From contig OZ260664.1 in NCBI GenBank assembly GCA_965285935.1, positions 25,730,001 through 25,794,000 of the forward strand: a stretch of 64,000 nt of DNA, read 5' to 3'. Shown in pieces: positions 27,901-41,611 of this stretch (position 1 is its first letter; each line of letters begins with the position of its first letter). This DNA comes from Ophelia neglecta. Taxonomy: Eukaryota. The translations under genes were made by a program, and so were the position numbers. Under the pieces are notes generated by a model. The model was not told the DNA's origin and did no database searches. It was given only the letters and a program-made list of their open reading frames with translations.

Positions 27901-28980
27901 GGGGGCGGTCATTATTTATCATCGCCGGGGGGGGGGGGGGGGGCTGATTGGGGGAAAGGCATACCTGATATTCTTATGACCCCATCACAGAGTGGTGTGT
28001 TTTTGAGCCCCACCCCATAATATTGTGTTTTGTTTTGATGACCCCCCCCCCCTTCCCTTTCCGGTGACTGTATTTGCAATGGTAGGTTTGTAAATGCAAC
28101 TACATTTTTTAATTAAATATATAAAATAAAATATATTTCTGCTTGCTGTCTCTATCAGAACAGTTTCGGATTGAGACTGTTACGGTGTATTTTTTTCTAC
28201 CTTGCATAATTAGATCCCCGCAATATACGGACAAATGCTCTAGATCCTGTAGTAGTGTACATAAAAAGTAACGTTGACATAGGATTTATTTGTAACTCAC
28301 ATTGAATAAGATTCCTCAACGAAACATTTTTATTATGTGCAAAATTAAATTCCGGCAAACACAGTTTTACTTTACATAATTCAAGAATGATTGTTAACCA
28401 GAAAATATTGTCTGTGTATATCACTAGGAAACACAAATCTTCTTTGCTTTTGAGACTGAAATTCACTGCCTCATACTCTACATGTTCAGATAATAGATGA
28501 GTATATTGTAAATTACTGTCTCATAAAGGTCTATGAGTATTCATGAGCCAAATTATATGGTTTAATGACAGACTGACAGCAACGGTCACCTCAACAATGT
28601 GTGTCAATAACTTCAATCCAATAGACAGTCCGAGTCGAGCTAGAAGAATTGGAGTTCTCGCTAGTCTGAAATTATAACCTCTAAATATTTTAATTTTTAC
28701 GCTGTGTGAATTAAACCCTAATCATGTCACGAATTTGAAATTGATAAATTCAGATAGTGGGAACCAAAAGTAAGTTTTCAAGAAATCTACCACATTCTAC
28801 AACATCTCGCAATTTCGGGTTTTGTGGTTCCCCTATTATGGGTTTATGACCCCCCTCCCAAACCCCCGACCCCGCCCCCAGCATAGTGTATGTTTTTAAG
28901 ACCCCCCTTTCCCAAATCAGTGCCAACCCCTCCACCCCACCCCACCCCCACCCAACGGGCGAGAAATATTGACCACCCCC
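27901..28980. mobile_element. Non-autonomous TIR element, PIF/Harbinger-like
   Basis: Imperfect TIR GGGGGCGGTCATTATTTATC / GAGAAATATTGACCACCCCC; TAA on both sides (27898-27900, 28981-28983); subterminal inverted match gctgattgggggaaagg / cctttcccaaatcag. Confidence 0.75.
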
Positions 28981-29155
28981 TAAGCTTAAAGCATGATTCT
29001 ATATCAATAAAGCGATTAAAACCATCTTTCTTCCAGCGTGATCTCAGTCATTGCCTTTTCCCTATCCAACTCTTATCGATTAGATAGATCTTAATATCGT
29101 GCCTTAAGTATCTGGATAAATCTCATGCATGTATTTTTATTTTATGCTCCTACAG

Positions 29156-29379
29156 GCTTACCAGATGGATTGCTATTTCCGGCAAAGCTGGGTCGACAAG
29201 CGTCTGGGGTTTTCCGGAAGTCCCATGAAGACTATGCCGGTCAGTATCAGCATATTGGACCGAATCTGGAAGCCGGACACCCATTTTTTCAACGGTCGAA
29301 ATTCCTACTTGCACACAGTTACATCGCCGAACAAACTGCTGCGCATCAATCGAGATGGCCGAATTCTGTACTCCATGAG
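29156..29379 (+). CDS. Grd: Grd coding exon 4 (AYQMDCYFRQSW...WKPDTHFFNG...ILYSMR; loops D, A, E)
   Basis: ctacag| acceptor, AG|gtaaca donor; matches ORF 29129..29383. Confidence 0.95.
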
Positions 29380-32300
29380 GTAACATATGCAAGGGACTAT
29401 ATTTTATCTTTTTACTGAATCGTACGTTGTACTTTTCTTGTCAATCATAATATATACTTTGGACATGTTTGAATGTTTACGGTTTAATATTCCAAAGTAA
29501 GGTCTATCCATTGACTACTGACATTTGTAGAAAGCAAACCAACAGTGGGATGAGATGCCCAAGGCAAGAAAGCTCCCAACCCATCCTCTATATATATTTC
29601 GATGCAAAAAAAATTATACCGCTAAAAATCAATTGTCTGACGACTTTGTCATTTTTGGCAGTTTTTACTTTTCAAATGATAGGCTACTTAAATTCGTATT
29701 GTCAAATACCAGGATTAGCAAGATCACTTGTTTCAATTGATTGGATACCTGCCACCCAAATGTACTTTTAACAGCTGTCACTCCAGTCAAAACGACCTTT
29801 CTTTACTTTAAAAAATTTGTTCAAACCGGGTCCCATGTCTTTACTTGTGATAGACCACAGTCATGAATTATTATTATTAGCTAGTCACATGCATGCATGT
29901 TAGTGTATACTGTCTTCATCTAAAAAATTATATTTACGTTTTACGATGTAAACTATGGAATACGTTGAATCATGAGTACTGTAAACTACGACATATATCA
30001 GGTGGGGAATATTGGTGGAAACATCGGCCAAATTGAGTCCCTCCACTGACGGTTCCTGTCAACATGTTCATATTTATGAACTACTCTCAAGGTGCAAACT
30101 ATAAAGGGTCAATCGGTGGAAGTTTTATCAGTCAAAATCAGAGATTTTTCGCAATAAAATGGTTCCTCGAGGATTTCTCTTAAAATCCGATCCAATACAT
30201 TGCCCATTTCACATCCCACGAGGACTTTCACCCGATAAAGTGGAAAAGCCCTTTTCTTGTGTGCATAGTTTGGTCTTCTTTTATTACAGTTTAGTCCTGC
30301 TTGGCATCATTTGTTTGTCTAGTCTGAGTGCATACTCTTAAAAATGTGAAAAAAATCGTAGGTTATTAAGAAAGAAGGACATCATGACCTGGTTTGCCAT
30401 GCTGTTTAGTTATCATCTCATTAAAAGAAACGGCATTATCCATCTGGCTATATCAAGAGGGTCCCTCGTGTTGGGGGTATCTATAGAGTTCTCATGAGGC
30501 GCTTCTGCGAGTGGAATCAGAAACAAATTTCACGGCAGAGTTGCCAGCCAACGACAAAATTAGAGATTACTTCAGCTAGTGGGTTTTTTCTTGATCCGTC
30601 AAACCACCCGTGTTCGGTGGGTGACGGATAGGTTAAATGGATTGAAAAATGGTGATAGGCAAAATACTACTCTCGTCCATAATCTCATTTCGTCAAGTTA
30701 TTCATATGAATGGATTTTTGTAACGTTTACTGAGAATAATTCATTTTAGAAAGGTTGTTAGATCACCATTGTAATAGGTCCAACCAATCTTCATCTCGTG
30801 TAGGCTTATTTGCTGTAATAGGGTTATAGGCTTATCACTGAAGATCTCTTTCTCATTCATACGCGATGATATATAACCTATGAACAGTAAAACGTTCTTT
30901 CGTCATTTCTTCACGATAATTGCCCAATTGATCTGCTAGTACACGAAGGCTCCTTCTAAGATCACCGCATCTAGTTCAAATTTTAGGCGTTCCTTGTATA
31001 CACACAGAGTATATGATATGACCTATTTTATATAATTTGGCAGGTTCGTGGCTGAGTCTTTCGAATTTTCTTATTCCCAAAGGGACCAATTATCTTTTCC
31101 CTGGATCCACCTGTGTGGTATGGACGATGCAAAATAATTGAAGTGGAAAAAATTCTCTGTTTAGAATGACCCCCAACCCCCAACACCAATACAATGCATA
31201 TGGGATTGTTACCCCCCCCCCCCCCCCACCTATCCCCCCCACCCCCCTCCTTCCAAACCCAGCTCCATGCCTTACTGAAACTTAATCCAACTCGGCGATA
31301 GGAGCCCTTAGTTCTCAACATAGGTAGGCTACCATTTTATTAGTTTCATCTCTAGAAACACTTGGATAGTTGCCTTTTCGCGAACAACATACTTACTGTA
31401 CATCTGGTTAAACTCTTGATATATCCCCATAGCCTACCCCCGTTTTGAAAATGTTCCTTTGGCCAGTTCACTATGAGACCTATCATATGACTGCTGAAAG
31501 CAGATAAGTAGCAGAAGCCATGATGGGAAGCCATCAAATTATCATGGACATGGTGCAATTCCTGGTGTTCCTCAGCAGGTGACGTCATAAATCAGGATTA
31601 AGTTCAGAAAATAGGAGAAAGGAAGACCCTTAACATTAGAACAAGTCGGTGTCACTCGGCAGCAGCATCTCTTTCCGCGGGAAATATTATGTTAGAGAAA
31701 TTTGTGACGTCAACAAAATAACCATTAGCCTATACATGTCATTTTCTTCAGGTATTGATATTTCATGAGGAAGCTATGAATATTTCAGAGTGACAGGATG
31801 CGAAAAGCGCAAGCAAGTCTATGGTTGGGGCTGCGGGTTAATGTTAATGTTATGGGAAGGGTTAGAAACAAGTTTAATAGGTCTAGTGCTCTGTTCTAAT
31901 GTCAGGATATTTCTTCCGCAAGGCTCCGCGCTTCCGCTTTCAATCAAAAGCCTTTTCTTCCACAGTGCGCACCCGATCACAACTCACTACGTATGGTTGA
32001 TTACCGCGAATATCACGTATGCCGAAAGTTAAAAACTACGTTAAAAACGTTGGCCCATTCTAATTGTAACACTTGCTATTATATTTTGTTTAATACATTA
32101 AATGTCTACTCGACAATACAATATTAAGAAGACTGCAAAACATTACTTGACCACTATAGGCCTACGTCTTTGGGGGAGGGGGAGGGAGGGGTGGGGCGGG
32201 TTGCAGCGTTCGCAAGAATGTCTATAAGTACCATTTTCTCGGGTTCCTCGCCATTAACGAGAAATTATTAGCCCCATTGAATTTCCCAATAGCGGGTGTG

Positions 32301-34784
32301 GATGACAATGTTTTAGGATAGCGCCATCTGGCGAGAAACGGAAGACCGCGCTGCATGCTGGGATACTTTGGTAGGTTAGAAAATTTGACTGTCATTATCA
32401 CCTGCAGCCACCCTCTTTGGTCGCTGTCTTTAATAATACCAAAACAAAATAATAACATATCATTAATCAATGCTTATATTTAATTGCGTCTGTTTACGAT
32501 GTGGAGATAAAACGAACAAAATGCTGCCTGGCTTAAGTTTTTGGCTTAGAAATAATCAAGTAAACAAAACGAAACCCAAGGATATAGTCCCACTGTGTAG
32601 AAAAATGTATCGACATGGTAAATATCTGTATCCAACTTCTGTCTCCAAACGTGTCGATCGTGAAATAGTACGACAGGCACGTTCAAAAGGCCAATTACTA
32701 TATCAGGGTGGCCCGGCCCTGCCAGTCAATTTACGTTCTCCTCTTTCTACCGGGCCTTAAACGGCGGCTTTAATTAAATTCGGTGAAAAGGCAGTTAATC
32801 CCTGGGTCTGGCCCCGGATATCCCATCCCTGAAATCGCAGTCCGTGTCAAAAGTTCATTGTCTTCACCATCGCTCTTATAGCGTTGCAGACTAATTACGT
32901 TATATCCTTGCTTGGAGTTTCCTTATTTACTGTCGGAGTCGACAATACCTTGCTCTGTGGGTCTGCTACCTTGAATACAGCACTGAAGAAAGTGCTTCAA
33001 TCGCTGCTGAGGGGCCACAAAACTAATATAGGAAGTCCTCCAGCAGAGGTAAAGCGGTTACAAACAGCCATCGGATTCATTATTTTGGTGAACAGTATAC
33101 TTGTCTCTTAATGTTCGCCTCTATTTTTCTTCCTGCATGGTGCTCTCATGCTTTTTATGAAAAACACCCACTGTACTCTATCATATATTGCCTTACAATG
33201 TTAAGACAAGGAAAAATGATGTTGACCAGGGGAACTTTCCCCATGCAACGTGTAAAACGAGAACATGAAGATCATTTGTACAAGTAGGTGCTATTCCAGG
33301 TGGATGTTTACTAGGAACAACTCGTTAATATTATTTCACGATTAAACTACAGTTTATATACGTAACGTAAAAAGGAAAAAATAACGAAGCATCAATGTAT
33401 TTAGATATATAAATTTGGTATCATTAGAAGCCGTTCTGGTCGTCCGCCAATTTATTACACGACTTCAACCGTCTCCTCTTACAGACATAGTAATGAGTAA
33501 TGTCCCACAAGATGGTTTTCTGCTTGTCACTAGAATGTTGTTTTTCTGTTAATGCTGAATTTAGGCATTGAGGTAGTTCTTTCATCTTCTTCACACTGGA
33601 CACTTAACTGTCAACAAATCACCTTTATTGTTTGCCAGCGTCACTTGCCAGGCTTCTTATATGAGATGTGTACCAAATCTAGGAAACATGTTTTACCTGG
33701 TTCACTTTCAAACGTATATGCATCATTTAAAATGATAGCTTTGGATACAGAATTACATGCCTCAAAGAAGAAAGGAACAAATAAAACAATTTTTTTAAAT
33801 ATTTCTCAAATGACTCAAAAATTGCAATAAATGAACATTTTGGATCTACCCGCCTCAAGCGATCATTTTATTGCAAGATTTTATCTCAAAATTAATTAAT
33901 ACAGCAGGGTAGCTCATTCAAGATTTTGAATGTTTTGGTCAATTAATCAACTGCTTAATTGATTTAATCAACATCCATCATTAAACACAGGATCTGTTAA
34001 CAATATGAAAAAGGAAACGCCCATCTAAATTACCTTGTTAAAATTTGAGAAACAACATTCATTATTATTGGACCCAGCTGTAAAGGTTTATAAAAAGAAC
34101 CCAAGCATTCTAACTAGGTCGCCGAGGGACTCTCCAATTCTTACTACTCCGTTGTTCTTTGAGTATAGAATATAGCCATTTAACTGATTATACCCTCTGA
34201 GCTTACTGGCTTTTCTCTATAATTCATATCCACGGAGTTAAAATATTCACAAATATAACAATCCAAGGCAATCCCATTAGATTTACCTCAAAACCCCAAA
34301 AACTAATCTTATGAAAAGAAGGCCAATACTTCAGAGATCTAATTCAGTAAAGGCTATAGGTTTACGTCTGTTTCCTATCCCTTTTATCGATCTTGATAGG
34401 TCTATCTCAGCCACTTAAACTATTTCATTCTGTCGCTAACTCCGACTCGGCAGAAATGGGCTGGGACACTAAATCTACCGAGTCTGTGTTTGGCGGTGAT
34501 ACTCACCTATATCAAATTGTGCCCTCTCACATTCTTTTGAGCGAGCTGAGAAATCGAGTCTGCGGATAAGGCTCTGCGAATTAGTTTCACTGCTGAATGA
34601 CCTCTTGGTCATCAAAAGCATGCAATAGCTGCTCTCAAAGAATGTGTTGTGTCAACAAGGCGTGTGTAATCAATCGACGTCTCAATCGATTACAACGATC
34701 GTATACCCGTTTAATGCAATAAGGACCTGAATAGGATCGTAGGTTACAAGAAGTCTAATTGAGTTGCTCATTTGATCATTTCAG

Positions 34785-34867
34785 GTTGACAATAAAGGCA
34801 AGCTGTCCGATGCATCTTGAGTCGTTTCCAATGGACACGCAGTCTTGTCCACTCCGCTTTGGCAGTC
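34785..34867 (+). CDS. Grd: Grd coding exon 5: Cys-loop ([28 protein letters not shown])
   Basis: tttcag| acceptor, C|gtgagt donor; 83-nt exon carrying the C-x13-C signature. Confidence 0.95.
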
Positions 34868-37800
34868 GTGAGTATGAAATACCATGAATGCCAGAAATAT
34901 ATATTGAATGAAAATTGCCATTGTTTAAATATCCTAAGGCCGTTATGCTGTTACGCACAAAACACGTTTAGTCAATGCACAGTGTTCTTTGCTGTAGAAG
35001 GCCCTGCCAAATAAGAAAGGTATTAAATAATATGTATTCTGTGGCTTAATACCTTAGGAATAGTGTTGCATGCCGTTTAATTTGAAATTATCCCATTCCG
35101 ATACTTGTGAATCGATACCAAAATGAGACGAGTAGATTTACAGGGGAGTAGATCTATCGAAAGTTTTTAAAGACCCTTGCTTTAGAGAAGTTAGTATTTC
35201 AATGGAATAGATCTATATACCGTTTGAATTGATTGATATGATTTTGACCAGTCTGATGTTTGAACGATATACTGATACCAATATTTACGATCCCATACAT
35301 TGGTTTTAAATATTCATTCATACCTAAGTGTGTCTTGTAAAGCCATGTTCGCATTTCATTTGTTCATCCTATTCCAAAATGCCGCTAAAATGATGATGAA
35401 TTCAAGGGAAAATTTTGCCATGTACACAATCTATAATATTTTTTCATCAAGTGTTTCAAACCAAACAGTCACGCTTTTTTGTGACTGAACACACATGCAA
35501 CACAAGTTGTTATATCAGTAACAAGAAGATCCACTTGGCCCCTAGCCATATGATGAGCGGAATATCTATCTCCATCACCGGTAGGGCACCAACTGAGTAA
35601 TGATTTGTTACTCAGATTATGGCCGACGCCAAATCCACTCCTTATTTGTAAGCAGACGTTTATCATTATTTGTAGACCAGGTATAATTGCAGTTGTAAGC
35701 TAAAAGTTGGAGAATACTATTCAGATAAATGTGCCATAGGGGCAAAAGTTATCAAAACGCATTCCGTGTTATCTGCACATGGAAGTCTGTCGCGATATCG
35801 GAGTAACAAAAAGCAAAATCTGAGTAACACAGTCCCTTAATTAATAAGTGCAAGAATAAAAATTGTGGATTCCGATTTAAATAAGGGACTGTCTAGTTCA
35901 AACTACGCAGCCATTGGGATACTTGATATAGCTTACGCTTAACGAGATCTTGCGTCTATACGGGTTGATTAATCTAGCAGCGACATTTGGGAAATATGCC
36001 TAATGTAACTCAGATCCTGCCTTTTGTGTTACCGATGAATTCTGACATACATTTACACCCTGAAAAAAAACCGAGTAAATTTCTATTCATTCTGCCAGAG
36101 TGTCACTATTATCTATACAGTATTGCAATAGCTATAAGCAAACAACAGTAACCATATTTGCTGTGAAAATAATGATTAAATCCTACTTCCCAATAGGAAT
36201 GGACTAGGCGTCAGCCATTTTTTCATATGAGTAACAAATAGTTAGTCAGACGTGTCTTACAAGTGCTCCAAGCACATCTTATGACGGCAGTATTTGTCAA
36301 CTATTTGTCACCAATATGTTTCTTTAAAAAAAACTCTCATAACATTTAAGATGAAACCTTACGTCAACTGACACCTACTGATCTACAATTCATTTTATAG
36401 TCACTCCAAGCAGCCTTAAGTATTTCGTCAGATTCTCAGATAGTTGCTTAATATTGAGGTTTTTCTTCTGCTTTTTGTGTCTGGGAGAGAATATTGGGAA
36501 CAGAATCGACATGTTTCACATCTCCAAAATAGCTGTCTCAGAGTTATGAAACATGCTGGTTGAAGGTTTTCTACTGTCTGAACATGTGTTTGCAATGTCA
36601 ACTTGGTCTTGAAGTCTATTAATATACCAAGAACTGATAAAATTGCCGCAACAGTTTTTGTTATAACTGATTTTCCTGTTCTGAACACCAGGTCCCAGCT
36701 TGCAGTCTCAACATTACTTCAAATATTCATAGTCATGTACCTTTCCTTTTTTCATAAATTGCCTACTGTCCTCTGTGTAGGCGTTGATGTCCAAACTAGG
36801 CCTTGTCTTAGTGTGCTTGGTGTTCGCAGACGAAAATCTGGGCTGGTGTCTGCGCTTTTTGGGCCCATCTGTACCTACTCCACTGTGAAATAGTTACTAG
36901 TTACAATGACACAATTAACAGGCTTGCACATCACTTTCAGATTATACTAGACAAATATATTAAACACATAAGACACCTAGAGAGATAAACACAATGATGG
37001 ATATACTCGCATTTAGAAAGACATGTGTCATCACCCAGACCAGCTTTTATTATAGATTAAATAAACTACAAAACAAAACATGGCTAATTGGTGTTAACCA
37101 ACATTACACACTTTATGAATGCCCATTTCAACGGCCACTGAATAATATGCCATTACGTTAAATTGAAGTCTAATTTGCACATTAGTTATCCGCTCAAGTG
37201 CCTCCCAGGTTAACTGAGTTTAGAAAGAGACAACATTCATTTATCATCAAATTACAAATTGCCTCTGCCTTAAGACTTACACATTGGTAGATACTTTCGA
37301 GAGTAAAGAACTCAACTTTTTGTGCAATCGTGGTAAATGTTGGACTCTAATTTGCATAGAGGGGTTGAAAGAATTGTTATCCATTAAGGATAATTGGGAT
37401 AGGCCATTTTGATGAAATATATACTCCATGAAGACATTACCCCTGCTTGTAGTTTTCATAATGAACAACCGGGTGATAACACTGATGAATGAGGGTGCGA
37501 AAAAAGAGCTCCGATTCCATTGACTTACGAGATTACCTGGGACTCTATATCAATGTTATTTTAAAGTTGACAGTGCCTCACAACATGCGTAAGTAAAACT
37601 GGTTCTAGTTACCGATTTCAAATCCACTTATTCCCATATAAACAGAAAGCGAGAAGACCTGTTTTCGACGATAGTATCCTAGTGTTCGTAAGAATAGTCC
37701 ACATACCGTACTCAGGTAGGGGAGGATTCACCTTTCGTTCTTTGAAAACTGGCTCGTTTTTATGGCTAAGCCTACTACATGGAAAAATGTTGAAGAAATC

Positions 37801-40800
37801 TCATTGCAACAGATTTCTTAATTCTTTGATGAAATAGAACCCCTATCAAGAGAATGGCCCCTCATTTCTGACTATTCTCCATTAATACTTTTCCTTTGTC
37901 TACTGGGTATCCACTCTCGTTTTTTACTCGCTTGTCCCGCCAGAACTGAGTTGATATTTTATGAACCTGCTGCTGATGATTCCTGATTAATAAGGGCCGA
38001 TTAAATGGATTCTTGGTGGCTGATTTAGTTCTTTAGATGTTTGCAAGATGTCCCCTCCGGCCATTTTTCCAAAGGCAAAGACACTGACCTATATGAGGTG
38101 ACAGGCGGGAAAAACCACCTGTAGCTGAATAAATATTCGAAGATCATTCAGTCGCAAGGCGAACTTAGTAAAACGTTAATATGTTTGAGAAGTGTGATCA
38201 ATTGCGTTCACCAGAATAAACCATCATATCTCATTCTGTCGAAGTCACATTTGTCAAATTCAGCAACTTTGCAATTATTGATGTCTTATAACATGTTTTA
38301 TTTTTTATCATTTCTCGATTTTGATTATTTCGAGTAGTTTACGGTCACATGATTTACTAGGAACTACGTTTGTGGTACCTCATACCTCGGTCAATAAGTT
38401 CATTTCCTAGTTTCCTTCATAGGCGTGGCGCCTACGTTTCCGCATGACAAACGAATGTTAGGAAAATCTTAACCCAGTTGTGCAGTCCTTTTTTTTACCA
38501 TCTCTGAACAATACAAAGGAAGCGCAATGACTTAGAGCACGCGGTTAGGATGAAGAAACAAACAAAATATGACAACGTGCGAACAGAATGTATTGTGTGC
38601 TCCTGAGAACAGCAAATAAATGTCCCAGACTGAATGATATTCAAGATTTATCTCTGTGCATTAAATGCATGCCATGGCCTAAAGCCGAGACTTGCTTGGA
38701 ATACCACGTCACTCGCTGTGCTCCTATCGAAAATAAACTCTGCAACACACAAATAACTCACAATGCTCTAGTTTTGTTTCATTTACAGAAACAGTTAACA
38801 TTATTCCTATAATTGATAGTCCGGAGAAACCCGCTTAATCTAAGTTAGCATTTATTTATATATCTCCTTTATTTTGTTGGGAGGCAAATTGAACATACGG
38901 TTTTTGCGTGGGGAGCATGCAAAGAACACAGTTCTGGCGAGTGTAAAAACAGGTTTATATACAGGATCGTGTCTTATTACACAGACAATTAAATTCTGAC
39001 ACCTAAGGTTAATCAACTGCTTAAACGCAATATCTTAGGCAGTAGAATTGGATTGGTTACTGGCAGACTCAGTTAACCGCTAATAGAAAGCCACACCATT
39101 CGCCTTTTAAGGCTTTCGGTTGCTAATAAAATATATGCACATTAAAGTGACAAAAATGAGAATTTTTTCAAGAGCTTTCTAAAAGCAATCATTGATATTA
39201 ACATAGTTCTTTTGTTGGGCTCCGTTAGTTTTGAGTTTAAGTATCTTCACACACAAAAAGTATTTGTACATTAAAATGTGGCATTTAAACAATAGGGTGT
39301 TGCATTTGGCTTATAGTTTGGTGTGGGTTTGATTAGGTCTTTGCCACTGCTTTTTTCTTTGCCACTCGGCGGATACCTATCTTTTTTTCGAGGGGGGAGA
39401 TATATTTTGTCACGGTTAATTTGTATGCATGTACATAATACCTGCCCTCCCCCCCCCCCCCCTCCATCGTTAATTTCCACTCCCTTAGTGTTGGCAAAAA
39501 AAATTTCAAAGCAACCCGCTCTTAAATTCAAACTTTCTCGGCGTTCCTAATGCCTGGTTGGGATGCAAATAAAAATGTGGCATACATGGAACTTACCTAG
39601 TCATTGAAGCAATTGGCGCACATGTATTAGTAATCTTCATGACACAATTTGCATGGTTCTAATACTGACTAGCTTTAATATAATTTAACATTTCATAAAG
39701 CCTTTTTTTACAACTGCAGCAAGCCGGAAAAAGTGGTCTATTCTGCATCCAAAAAGGCCAATATGACTTATGATGGTGAAGATAATAATTCGATTACACA
39801 AAACCTTCATCAAATCGCAATCTATACACATACATATGTACCTGTTGCTGCCATTTCAAACTGGACTATATAACATGCCGGTTCCTGTGCGTTAGTTGGG
39901 TTATTGTCTAAGTTGTTCCACTGGCCATCTATGTTTGCTATTGCCCCGAGGCAGCTCTGTTTACTTTCAGTCTAAAGGGCGACCGGGTTCTTTATAAAAA
40001 TTCCTACCGATATCGCTGGTCAACACATTCTCTGCCCCAGCTGGTAGCCTATCACATCGTCTTGCCTTGGACCCGTGATGGGCTGGTTTACTTGTTACCC
40101 GTGCCCTGCAATGAAATATTTACACACCCACTAATTTAGACCATCTCTATATTGGATCAAGCCTGTTAATAATCCATAGACCATTCCAACCGTGCTTAAA
40201 CCAAATATTATTTTGCATTACCAGCTGAGGGATATAAGTCTTGGGAATTTTAAACCACCACATAATCTAATGGCGGATTTAATTTTCACAAAAGGGAACC
40301 AATGAAAGTCACCCTTACAGCTTTTCTTCTCACTTTATTTGCAAAGTTCATCTCATATCATTGTTTTGTTTCCTCATATACGTCTCAATCAAACTGACGT
40401 GTTGCGTGTCATGTGGAACGCGAATAATCACAGTTTGAATAATAATTTGGGCTCCACTAAACACAGTTAATTGCACCATCATAAAAGATCGATGATTTAA
40501 GATTAAAAGCTAAGTTGATAGGCGTTCAACTCCGATTTTGCCATAACCGAAAGCAGTAAAAGCATCCTGAAAACTCTGCTTTACAACATCAGTCCGGACA
40601 AGACAGCCATTAGTTTATCCTTTTTATTACCGATCCTGACTCTGTCTTTTGCGTTTTACATGTTTGCCTTTTCTCTTCTTGACGAAAACACAAAATTACG
40701 CATAACAAATGGTGCAGTTTATGTGAGCCTTTCTGGGTTGCCTGATCCGGTCGTGGCATTGTGGGGCATTTTGCCATTTTTCTTTTTGGGGTGGAAATAT

Positions 40801-41103
40801 TTAAAGGTTTGCTTTGACAGCACATTGCTTCATATAGAATGCCATCGGCAGCATTTATATTTGAGGAAAAAAGACAACCTCATTCAGAAAAATGGGCCCC
40901 AAAAACAAATAATAAAAATTGGCGAAAATACGGGGGATTGGTCAGATGTTGGGCCTACACCAGAGGGATGGGGAGTTGCGAATTGCGAGGATCCCCCGGC
41001 TAGTGCGCACGGTTAGGCAGGCCTGGTCTTTTGCTTTTAGCCCCCTCCCCCCCCCCCCCCCAAGTTTTTTTTTCTTTCCTTATATCTATTCTGTGATTTT
41101 CAG

Positions 41104-41244
41104 ACGGATACGGAGTGAACGATGTACTGTACATTTGGACATATGGTGATCAAAGCTCGATAAAGATGGCGTCTGACATGACCTTGTCCCAGTTTGACTT
41201 GATAGGTATCCCTGCCGGAAATGAATCCAGCGAAAAGGCTGGAG
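41104..41244 (+). CDS. Grd: Grd coding exon 6 (HGYGVNDVLYIWTYGDQSSIKMASDMTLSQFDLIGIPAGNESSEKAG)
   Basis: ttttcag| acceptor, G|gtagga donor, phase 1-1; LSQFDL motif. Confidence 0.92.
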
Positions 41245-41452
41245 GTAGGAAACATAGCTACATCAAGATATTGTTGCACTTCTCTGATAAATAAGAAGCA
41301 CCAAACAATGGTTTTTATTCAGAACCTCAAATTATGAATTTTTGTAAAATTCAGCACCTGTTTTTTGCTAGTTAAACAAGACACTCCATTACATACACAC
41401 TTACCCTTGTTAATGTCCATTTTATATATATCGCTTGAGATATTCTTTTCAG

Positions 41453-41611
41453 CGGGCCAGATTTACTCAACGTTATTTGCAAGTTTTATACTAAGAAGAC
41501 ACATGGGGTACTTCCTGATCAATGTCTATGTGCCTTCCAGTCTGCTGGTGGTCATCTCTTGGGTGGGCTTCTGGATCAACCGGGAGGCCACAGCTGACAG
41601 AATAGCTCTGG
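41453..41611 (+). CDS. Grd: Grd coding exon 7: loop C end, TM1 and TM2 up to 4' (AGQIYSTLFASFILRRHMGYFLINVYVPSSLLVVISWVGFWINREATADRIALG); last shared exon
   Basis: ttcttttcag| acceptor, G|gtgagt donor; matches ORF 41365..41640. Confidence 0.95.

Noticed and set aside
36428-36893. Possible PHD-finger or LINE ORF1 remnant (WRCETC) on the minus strand
   Set aside because: Only a partial Cys pattern; insufficient evidence.
41453-41461. Alternative acceptor CAG at 41458-41460
   Set aside because: It would shift the frame relative to the phase-1 donor at 41244.
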